DNA of 64,000 nucleotides from contig JBJEGD010000002.1 of the NCBI GenBank assembly GCA_051874735.1, positions 76,334 through 140,333 of the forward strand. Direction: 5' to 3'. This stretch comes from Candidatus Bruticola sp. (GTDB lineage Bacteria > Vulcanimicrobiota > Xenobia > Xenobiales > Xenobiaceae). The notes under the pieces were generated by a model. That model was not told the DNA's origin, searched no databases, and saw nothing but the letters and a program-made list of their open reading frames with translations. Shown piece by piece: positions 1 through 9,879 of the stretch. The position numbers and the translations under genes are program-made. Each line of letters starts with the position of its first letter. The first letter of the stretch is position 1.

Positions 1-145
1 CTAGAGAGATATTTTTAACTACATGAACCTGACTGGGAAGGCGGCTAGGCTTCCAAAACTGATACCAAGCCTGATGCTCCGGGTTTGGACTCCAACCATC
101 ATAGATCTTATTTACTTCGACAAGACGAACACTACCCACAACTAA
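1..145 (-). ncRNA. ssrS: Probable 6S RNA (SsrS), 3' end beyond the window edge
   Basis: Minus strand reads GGGTAGTGTTCGT...GGAGTCCAAACCCGGAGC...GGAAGCCT...CGCCTTCC...CAGGTTCA. These motifs occur in the order typical of Terrabacteria 6S RNAs. The region is non-coding; boundaries are approximate. Confidence 0.6.
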
Positions 146-307
146 ATACCCCAAATTATCGCTGATTGTGCACCCTTAAGCACTGCTAGCCATGCTGAAA
201 ATGCGGTGTTACTACTTCGGGTGTTCTTCTATTTTTCTTATTCAGCTCCTACTCAGAAACATTAATATCACAAATTGACAGTACTATCATAATATAGAAA
301 CAACTGT

Positions 308-919
308 TCAATCGTTTTTGCCATCTTGTATCCGCTGCAGCGATTCAAGAATGCGGTGACACTCCTGCTCTAAATTAGAATATATGCGTTTAGCATAATC
401 ATCAGCGTCATCGCAGACGTCTTTACTGTAAGCGTTGGCCTCATGCCGCACTTTGTCAGCAGTAGTAGTGGCTGATTCACGAACCTTAGCCGCCTCAGCT
501 TCAGCCTCATGTACAAGACGATTGGCTTTTTCTTCGGCCTCATGTATGAGACGATTGGCTTTTTCTTTAGTCTCTTTAAGAATGCGTTCCGATTCATCTT
601 GAGCTTGAATGACTACTTGGCTCTCTTGCACCATCTCATAAGCTTCAGCTTTAGCAGTCCGCATCGTTTCTCTAGCTCTGTCTTCGGCTTCTCTAATTGT
701 CTTCTGAGCTTCTTTGACAGCCTCTTCTTTTATCTGGTCAGCTCTGCCAACAATATCCTTAGCCTGCATAATTTCTTCAGGTAAATTTGATCTGGCTTCA
801 GTTATAAGTTTTAGAAAAGCCTCTTTATTGATTACAGAGCAGTTGGCCCATACTAAAGGAAGAGGCTTGCTGTCCTCAACAATTTTTTCTAAGCGAGTTA
901 AAATTTTATATATATCCAT
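308..919 (-). CDS. Coiled-coil protein, DivIVA/SepIVA-like (ATP synthase b-like) family usually found after coaD
   Basis: N-terminal LEKIVEDSKPLPL...LPEEIMQAKDIV signature, long A/E/K-rich coiled coil, GGAGG RBS, directly downstream of coaD. Confidence 0.75.
   Translation of the reverse strand: MDIYKILTRLEKIVEDSKPLPLVWANCSVINKEAFLKLITEARSNLPEEIMQAKDIVGRADQIKEEAVKEAQKTIREAEDRARETMRTAKAEAYEMVQESQVVIQAQDESERILKETKEKANRLIHEAEEKANRLVHEAEAEAAKVRESATTTADKVRHEANAYSKDVCDDADDYAKRIYSNLEQECHRILESLQRIQDGKND
504..569. repeat. 33-bp tandem duplication in coiled-coil gene (EKANRLxHEAE x2)
   Basis: gcctcatgtacaagacgattggctttttcttcg followed by gcctcatgtatgagacgattggctttttcttta. Confidence 0.8.
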
Positions 920-970
920 ATATATTTAACCCTCCGTAACTACTCTATATAGCAATTAACTATCAAAAAA

Positions 971-1471
971 CTAATGTAGCTGATTAAATTTCGCAGCTAA
1001 ATATCTACTAACTGCAGCAGGAACCATACGGGAGATATCTCCTCCTAAAGAGGCTATCTCGCGCACGCAGCTAGAACTTACAAAAATGTGCTCAGGAGAG
1101 CTAATAAAAAAGATCGTGTCAATTTCAGGGGCTAGCTGCCTATTAATTAAAGCCATCTTGAATTCAGCGGCGAAATCGGAACCATCCCGTAAGCCGCGAA
1201 CAATGAAAGATGCTTGGCTATGACGCACAAAATCGATCAGTAAACCGGAAAAAGTATCTACTTTAACATTATCCCAAGCTGCGACACTCAAACTAATCAT
1301 CTCTTTTCTCTGTTCTAAACTAAAGAGAGGATTTTTGTTAGGATTGCAGACCACCGCTACGATCAGTTCATCTACCGAACGGGCAGCTCTGCCTATAATA
1401 TCAAGATGACCGTTAGTGAGAGGATCAAAACTGCCAGCATAAACAGCCCGCCGCACTTTTAAATTATTCAT
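971..1471 (-). CDS. coaD: Pantetheine-phosphate adenylyltransferase
   Basis: YAGSFDPLTNGH, VRGLR and VSSS motifs; 166 aa. Confidence 0.97.
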   Translation of the reverse strand: MNNLKVRRAVYAGSFDPLTNGHLDIIGRAARSVDELIVAVVCNPNKNPLFSLEQRKEMISLSVAAWDNVKVDTFSGLLIDFVRHSQASFIVRGLRDGSDFAAEFKMALINRQLAPEIDTIFFISSPEHIFVSSSCVREIASLGGDISRMVPAAVSRYLAAKFNQLH

Positions 1472-1480
1472 ATTGTAGAA

Positions 1481-2932
1481 CTAAAGATTAACTTCTCCAC
1501 TAAGTAAAGTTCCAGCAGGTATAAATGTTTCTACTGAAGCTGTAACTTTTACTTCTCCCTGACAAGCTACACCTTGTCCGAAAACAACTGGCCCATCGAT
1601 TTCAAGCGAAGAACACTGTTTCAAACTGGGCATACCTGCAGGGAACATGTGCGCCAAATCTTCCAAAGTCACGATTTCACTTGGCAGAGATATAAGGGGA
1701 GGCTTAAAGTTATCTTGAACACAGTGTATAGAATAATTTTCATCTACATAAAATAAATCTGAACGCACAATCATTAAATCGCCGAGTCCTTTAACAGGCA
1801 CAAAACGACTGCGCGGCACCTCAACGGCCTGAGCATTGAGCCACGAAGAAATAATCGAACCGCACGCTGTTTCAATTTGATAAACTTTGCAAGCTTTTCC
1901 AAAACTGTCGCAAAGCATTTTAGTGTTGCAGATAACTGGTAAATCGAGCAAACCACCGTGCGAAACAATAAGTTTATACAAAGCTTCAGCATCAAACCAC
2001 AAGTTGTTCGTATTGAAATAGCAATATTTATTAATATCGGCGAAATACTCACGTTCCTCGGGACTGCACATAGAAGATTCGCGAAGCACAAATGCTCCGT
2101 AAACGTCGCGGGCTAAATGACCACCTTTGCGATCAGCGGCACAGCGCCGTGAAACTTCCATAACCATCGGACATCCTTGAGCGGCCATCCACTCAGGAAT
2201 GCGCATATCTAAGCTAGCCCCCAGGTTATCTATATTAGAGACAAAAATATACTTAATGCCACGAGACAAAAGCTCAACTAAAAGACCACTGACAAATAAG
2301 GAAAGATAAAGATCTCCGTGACCAGGTGGACACCATTCGTCCTTAGGATTAGACGCAGAAACATATGGAAGCAAATCAGCCGCCGCTACTCTAGGAACCT
2401 TAGACTGGATAATTTCTACAGCAACAGGCTGTTCCAATAATCCCAGATAACTCGTTACACTCTTCATGGTTTGAGCACTGGTATTGAAACTGTTCATTAA
2501 AATTAAGGGCAAAGACCACTGTCCCAAAGACTTGCGTAAATTTAGGATCTGACGAACTGTCAGATCGAGAAATGAATACTGGCCGTGCGCTTTTATCAGC
2601 GACTTAGGGCCTCCTTCCATTCCCATAGTAGTTGCCAAACCGCCGTTGAGCTTAATAATAGCGCATTTTTTCAACAGCTCGCTGCGCTTTGACTCGGTGA
2701 GAACGGGAAAATCTACAAGAGAAGGCAGATTGCCAACAGGAGCAATATCTTTCTCTTTAATAAAACATCCATTGCCGCTGAAAGCTTTCATGCAGTTGCG
2801 CCTAAAGGCCTCCGTCTGGAGATCTGAGACTCCGGCACCTCTCATCTTAAGAGCAAAAGGCATAAAATTCAGGGTCACGGCAGAATTCTCACTTTCTACA
2901 AAATAATTTTCACAAACGCAACTAGCCAGCAC
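1481..2932 (-). CDS. UTP--glucose-1-phosphate uridylyltransferase, eukaryote-like UDPGP family (start uncertain)
   Basis: KLNGGLATTMG, LMNSFNT, QSKVPR, WCPPGHGD, SNIDNLGA, DRKGGH, FNTNNLW and RFVPVK motifs, plus a C-terminal beta-helix. Confidence 0.92.
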   Translation of the reverse strand: MLASCVCENYFVESENSAVTLNFMPFALKMRGAGVSDLQTEAFRRNCMKAFSGNGCFIKEKDIAPVGNLPSLVDFPVLTESKRSELLKKCAIIKLNGGLATTMGMEGGPKSLIKAHGQYSFLDLTVRQILNLRKSLGQWSLPLILMNSFNTSAQTMKSVTSYLGLLEQPVAVEIIQSKVPRVAAADLLPYVSASNPKDEWCPPGHGDLYLSLFVSGLLVELLSRGIKYIFVSNIDNLGASLDMRIPEWMAAQGCPMVMEVSRRCAADRKGGHLARDVYGAFVLRESSMCSPEEREYFADINKYCYFNTNNLWFDAEALYKLIVSHGGLLDLPVICNTKMLCDSFGKACKVYQIETACGSIISSWLNAQAVEVPRSRFVPVKGLGDLMIVRSDLFYVDENYSIHCVQDNFKPPLISLPSEIVTLEDLAHMFPAGMPSLKQCSSLEIDGPVVFGQGVACQGEVKVTASVETFIPAGTLLSGEVNL

Positions 2933-4739
2933 TATGCGCTATTTTAAGATAGGTAGAATCAAATGAATCCATTAAGGCTATCTGTTCTCGATAACGTTCC
3001 AAAATAATTTTGCGACGCAGCTTCAAAGTAGGCGTCAGTTCACCGCTCTGAATAGTAAAAGGCTTAGTTAGCAAAGCTATTCGCTGCACGCGTTCATGTT
3101 TAGCTACATCGCTGAGCAAATCATCGATCGCAGATTTTACGAAACTAATTATCTCAGGATAACCTACCAAATCTTCTCTGGACTCAAAATTGAGACCAAT
3201 TTTTTTAGCATACTCTTCGAGTTTAGAAAAGTTTGGCACTAACAATGCTCCCACCCAAGAACGCCCTTCACCAATAACGGCAGCTTGTTCAATAAGCGGA
3301 GAAAGAGCCAAACGCGATTCCAAATACTGCGGAGCTACATATTTGCCCGTGGAAGTTCGGATCATATCTTTAATACGATCTGTAATACACAAATATCCAT
3401 TAGGAGCGAAATTGCCGACATCTCCAGTGCGGAAGAAACCGTCTTCAGTGAAAGAATTTTTCGTTTCTTCTGGTTTTTTATAGTAACCAACCATGACGCT
3501 GTCGCCGCGCACCTGAATTTCGTTATCCTGCCCTAAACGTATTTCAATACCTTCCATAGGCAAACCGACCATACCAGGAATACTTCTTCCTAAGGGAGTG
3601 GAAGATATAGTGGCCGTAGTCTCAGTCATACCATAACCATTATTAATAAAAATACCGCAAGCCCGGAAAAACTCATGGACAGAAGCCGTAAGAGAAGCGC
3701 TGCCTACAACTAAATGTTTAATGTGATCGCCGAAAACATGACGAACCTTAGAAAAGACTAGCTTATCAGCGATTTTATTGCGCATGCGCAGCCATAATCC
3801 AGGGGTGCGTCCCTCTATAAGTTCTTTTTGATACTGACAGCCGATACGCACACATTTATTTACAATACTCTGCATGGCCTTAGAACGTTGAGAAAATTTT
3901 TCATAAACAGCCGTATAAATTTTCTCCAAAATACGCGGCACCACACAGATAACTGAAGGCGCAGCATAAGGCAACAGACGTATAATTTCAGGAGAAGGTT
4001 TGCAATAATAATAGGTCATGCCCCAAGAGTACTGAACAGCTGACCAACCGCGTTCAAAAATATGGCTCAAAGGCAGCATACAGAAAGAGCGGTCTTGATC
4101 GGTCAAATCGGGCAGACGATCGCGATGGCGCATAATTTGATACACGATATTGCCATGAGTGAGCATAGCCCCGCGCACAGCCCCAGTCGTACCCGAAGTA
4201 TACACAATGGTCCAAAGATCGGAGGCTTTTGTTTCCTTAACTTTACTAGACCAATCGGACCGCGTTTCCACATTGATAAAGTCGGCATATTTCTGGCAGC
4301 GAGGATGCTCTCCCTCAATAATTACTACATGTCCGGTATCAGAAACACATTCAAAGAGTAAGTCCGCCAGCTCCGCATTGCCTACAAAAGTAATTTTTGG
4401 AACTGTTTCAGTAAATATTTGCTGGACGGCCTCAGATGAACAAGTCGCATGTATAGCCACCGTAACAGCTTTAGCACTCATACAGCCATAATCTATCTCT
4501 GTCCATTGAGGACAGTTAGGAGCATAAATAGCGACCAGATCGCCATCAGCTAAACCAAAATTTAGAACTGCAGAAGCGACTTTGCTAATATTATCTAGGA
4601 ACTGACTCCAAGAAATTTTTTCCCAGTGATCACCTAGATACACCTCATAGGCAGTACGTTTTTGGTATTTTTCGGCGTTAGCGATAATGCCGCTCATAAA
4701 TGGAGCGTAACTCAATTTATCTTCTCCTAAACCACGCAA
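2922..4739 (-). CDS. Long-chain fatty acid--CoA ligase (AMP-binding family)
   Basis: YTSGTTG, GYGMTET, FRTGDVG, DRIKD, GKYVAPQ and ELTPTLKLRR motifs. Confidence 0.93.
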   Translation of the reverse strand: MRGLGEDKLSYAPFMSGIIANAEKYQKRTAYEVYLGDHWEKISWSQFLDNISKVASAVLNFGLADGDLVAIYAPNCPQWTEIDYGCMSAKAVTVAIHATCSSEAVQQIFTETVPKITFVGNAELADLLFECVSDTGHVVIIEGEHPRCQKYADFINVETRSDWSSKVKETKASDLWTIVYTSGTTGAVRGAMLTHGNIVYQIMRHRDRLPDLTDQDRSFCMLPLSHIFERGWSAVQYSWGMTYYYCKPSPEIIRLLPYAAPSVICVVPRILEKIYTAVYEKFSQRSKAMQSIVNKCVRIGCQYQKELIEGRTPGLWLRMRNKIADKLVFSKVRHVFGDHIKHLVVGSASLTASVHEFFRACGIFINNGYGMTETTATISSTPLGRSIPGMVGLPMEGIEIRLGQDNEIQVRGDSVMVGYYKKPEETKNSFTEDGFFRTGDVGNFAPNGYLCITDRIKDMIRTSTGKYVAPQYLESRLALSPLIEQAAVIGEGRSWVGALLVPNFSKLEEYAKKIGLNFESREDLVGYPEIISFVKSAIDDLLSDVAKHERVQRIALLTKPFTIQSGELTPTLKLRRKIILERYREQIALMDSFDSTYLKIAHSAG

Positions 4740-4823
4740 GCTGTCAAAGGAACAAAGTTTAACCCGCCCAGAGCGACCCCTGCGACAACTTTTACCTTTT
4801 GAAACAAGAGCTCAAAACAATCT

Positions 4824-5357
4824 TTATTTTTCAGCAACTTCCGGAAGCTGAACTTCAGGATACATATTAGCTAGTTCTACTTTATCTTCGTGAATTTTAT
4901 TTTCGTAATCGGCAGCTTTTTGGGAGAGTTCCTGAGAGTTTTTCTGCAACTCAGACCAGGCTTCTGCATCTAGAGGCTGATCGGGACGGTAATTTGTTAA
5001 GAACTTGCTAAAAGCCTTGCAATGTTCCAAACGGTTGGTAAGAGCCCCCTTATAATGCAGACTTATGTTTTTGCAAGACTGAGGACAATCAGTTTTGCTC
5101 ATAAAGTCGAGCGTTTCTTGCAAGCGCTTAGCCTGATTTTGCAAAACAGAGGCCAATTCTTGACACTGTTCAGCACTCAGTTCCGCACCTGCTTTAGAAG
5201 TTAATCTGCTAATCTCGTAAGCATCAGCTTCTATTCTGCGCTCATAGATAATCATTTGGGAGACGTATAAATTAGCAGTTTGCCCTTCAGACATACCACA
5301 AGCCCAGCAGGACAAAGCTACCGCGCCTAATGCCAACCAAACTTTGAAGTTCTTCAT
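4824..5357 (-). CDS. Putative lipoprotein, helical, function unknown
   Basis: Basic N-terminus, hydrophobic stretch and Cys (ALSCWAC-G). Confidence 0.65.
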   Translation of the reverse strand: MKNFKVWLALGAVALSCWACGMSEGQTANLYVSQMIIYERRIEADAYEISRLTSKAGAELSAEQCQELASVLQNQAKRLQETLDFMSKTDCPQSCKNISLHYKGALTNRLEHCKAFSKFLTNYRPDQPLDAEAWSELQKNSQELSQKAADYENKIHEDKVELANMYPEVQLPEVAEK

Positions 5358-5533
5358 AATAAAAAAAGCCTAATAAATTTCATGAGTAAACGCTCTTTAA
5401 AAACTCAGCGAATCTGAGTACAGAGAGCGAACGGACGTTAGCTTCTAGAAAAATTAAACTAAAGCCTTTTTTTGCTTTAATTACCCTTTTGCATATGTAG
5501 AAAAAAAGGACGATTAATTATATTCAATAGCGC

Positions 5534-5576
5534 AAATAAAAAGGTGCGAGAGAAAGCGCAGCCCTCTCTCGCACCT
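5534..5576 (-). terminator. Rho-independent terminator after groEL
   Basis: AGGTGCGAGAGA/TCTCTCGCACCT inverted repeat followed by a T-tract on the minus strand. Confidence 0.8.
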
Positions 5577-5666
5577 CTCATATGAGCAGGCAGAACCGGC
5601 ATAGTCCAAATTTATCTAGAACTCGCTTCTCCCCCCCCTAACCGTCCGACCACTCATATATCGAAT

Positions 5667-7406
<1,740 letters not shown>

Positions 7407-7563
7407 TTAAAACTGACAGAGCTAGCTATTTTCCGTCCTACCTCCCCCCCACTATAGAACTCAACTATAAACTTTCGTCAGCTAATCGGCCGAACTAATT
7501 CTCCCCCTGAATTTTTCACGGCCACCTTCAGTTTAGCCGACGCACTTAGCAGCTCTTAAACTT

Positions 7564-7857
7564 TTAGGCAAAAATGCCCATAATTTCGCGCTGGTCTACA
7601 ATTACGTACTCTTCACCGTCGAGTTTAATTTCGGTACCGGAGTATTTACCCAGCAAAACGATTTGGCCGACTTCCACATCCATATGGTTGCGCTTGCCGT
7701 TATCAAGAAGCTTACCGGAGCCCACGGCCATAACTTCGCATTTCATTGGCTTTTCCTGAGCGCTTTCAGGAATGTAGATGCCGCCAGCAGTTTTCTGCTC
7801 AGAAGCAAGGCGCTTCACCACAACGCGATCACCTAACGGTTTAATAGTCAAAGCCAT
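7564..7857 (-). CDS. groES: Co-chaperonin GroES (start corrected to ATG at 7857)
   Basis: IKPLGDRVV, KTAGGIYIP and KYSGTEI motifs; GGAGG RBS just upstream of 7857. Confidence 0.98.
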   Translation of the reverse strand: MALTIKPLGDRVVVKRLASEQKTAGGIYIPESAQEKPMKCEVMAVGSGKLLDNGKRNHMDVEVGQIVLLGKYSGTEIKLDGEEYVIVDQREIMGIFA

Positions 7858-8103
7858 TTTCAACCTCCAAAAAGTCTGTACCCGCTCCTTTAACTTAGTA
7901 GGGCCAAGAAGAGAGCCGACTTTACTATATTCACTAAAGGCCCTTGCTTTCATAGGGCCATAAATCTTTCGAACGACGAGTTATTACGAACCCCACAGGG
8001 CCTTCCCCTGCCAAAAAAATTAGCCTATCTGTTAGATATATATTAGATTTTACCTAGAGACACATGTACCGGAAAGTTCCTTATTTGGTTGTGTAATACA
8101 AGG

Positions 8104-9651
8104 CTACAAGTGATACAATTCGGTATACTTGCGCTCGAGGTAATCCACAAAAGGTGCAGCTTCTAACTCTTTACCCAGCGCCCGTTTAAGTAATTCAGCT
8201 GGATATAAACGCTGACCATATACGTAAATATGATCATGCAACCACTGGCGGATCAGCCCTAACTTTCCACAGCGCAGAATCTCATCAGTATCTCCCAAGT
8301 CGAGCTTTAAAGCCTGCCAAGTTTGCGCTCCAATAAGATTACCCAAGGCATAAGCGGGGAAATATCCAAACAATCCTGAGGACCAATGTACATCCTGCAG
8401 GCAACCTTCACTGTCGGTAAACGGCACGATTCCCAAATAATCCGACATAGCGCTATTCCATGCTTCAGGCAAATCTTTGGCTTTTAAGCTTCCTTCAATC
8501 AAAGCCTTTTCTAATTCAAAACGCAGCATAACATGTAAGCTGTAAGTGACTTCATCGGCTTCAGTACGAATAAAAGAAGGAGTTACACAGTTGATGGCTT
8601 GGTAAAATTCATCGAGATTTGTTCCGGAAGTCTGGGCGGGGAAATAGGCCTGGAAAATTGGGAAATAGTACTCCCAAAAAGCGCGACTGCGGCCGATAAT
8701 ATTTTCCCAAAGACGAGATTCACTCTCATGGACAGCCATGCTAGCTCCCCCTTCGAGAGGGGTATGAGTCCATTCTGCTGGTGAGCCCTGCTCATACAAA
8801 GCGTGGCCTGTTTCGTGTAAAGCTGTAAATAAAGCTTTCGTTACAACATTTTCACTAAAATTGTTAGTTACACGCACATCGCGAGTAGAAAAAGAGCAGC
8901 AGAAAGGATGAATAACCTCATCGACTTTGCCGCGCGTCCAGTCGTAGCCCATATCGCACATCAAACGATGACAGAAGCGGCGCTGCATATCTACAGGATA
9001 TAAGCGGTTGACTATCCCCATCTTAGGCGGATCGGCTTGGGCAATGCGTTTTACCAAGCTGATCAGATGGCCACGCAATTCCCCAAAGACCCGGCTAACT
9101 TGAGAGGCGGTAAGCCCCGGTTCATAGATATCGAGCAAAGCATCGTAAGGGTGTTCTGCTCCCCCTAGAGCCTCAGCTTTGGCGCGGCATAATTCTATAA
9201 CTCTCTCTAAAGGACCGCAGAAAGAATCAAAATCGTTATTCTGCCTAGCTTTCATCCAGGCACTTTGAGCCTTAGAGCAGGCCGCAGTCAGCTCTGCAGC
9301 TACCGATGCAGGCACCTTAGTATCTTTATCGGCACTCCGTCTAAGTCGACGCAATAAATCAGCCTTCACACTAAAATTAGACAAACTGTAAGGAGACGTC
9401 TCCAGCTGAGCCTCTCCCTGTCTTTTTTCTTCCTCAAACTCTGCCTCAGCTTCATGAAGAGCCGTAAGATATTCTGCAGAAACTGAAAGTTTATGGGCTA
9501 ATTCGGACACGACAGCCATTTGCTCAGCTCTGGCCTCATCTGCGCCAACAGGCATGCCCGTTTCTAAATCCCAGGTTAACAGCTCTAAAATTTCATTTAA
9601 GCAGTTAATTTCTTTAACTTTTTTCAGTAAACTTTCGTATGCCTTACCCAT
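8104..9651 (-). CDS. Carboxypeptidase Taq (M32) family
   Basis: HPF, HETGH zinc motif, HESES, IRTEADE, QDVHW and GYFPAYALG. Confidence 0.95.
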   Translation of the reverse strand: MGKAYESLLKKVKEINCLNEILELLTWDLETGMPVGADEARAEQMAVVSELAHKLSVSAEYLTALHEAEAEFEEEKRQGEAQLETSPYSLSNFSVKADLLRRLRRSADKDTKVPASVAAELTAACSKAQSAWMKARQNNDFDSFCGPLERVIELCRAKAEALGGAEHPYDALLDIYEPGLTASQVSRVFGELRGHLISLVKRIAQADPPKMGIVNRLYPVDMQRRFCHRLMCDMGYDWTRGKVDEVIHPFCCSFSTRDVRVTNNFSENVVTKALFTALHETGHALYEQGSPAEWTHTPLEGGASMAVHESESRLWENIIGRSRAFWEYYFPIFQAYFPAQTSGTNLDEFYQAINCVTPSFIRTEADEVTYSLHVMLRFELEKALIEGSLKAKDLPEAWNSAMSDYLGIVPFTDSEGCLQDVHWSSGLFGYFPAYALGNLIGAQTWQALKLDLGDTDEILRCGKLGLIRQWLHDHIYVYGQRLYPAELLKRALGKELEAAPFVDYLERKYTELYHL

Positions 9652-9879
9652 AATTGTATCCTCTCTGTAGCAGCCTGATACCAGCCAGCTTAATTGCCGC
9701 TTATTCTGTAAAGCTCAGCTCTACGCCTTAATTTAATCACAGCTTAGATGCAGAAAAAGCTGTTCATGAAGCGGAAGTACGACTAGAATTTTTACCCACA
9801 GTCCCCCCGTCTTGCCTCCTTTGTGGTGAGTTTTTCTGCTTTCTGCTAGTTATTACGCCTAAATCATTACTAAAAATTA

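Noticed and set aside
7546-7570. CIRCE-like half site TTAGCAGCTC
   Set aside because: It has an extra base, lacks the second arm at 9-nt spacing, and lies downstream of groES.
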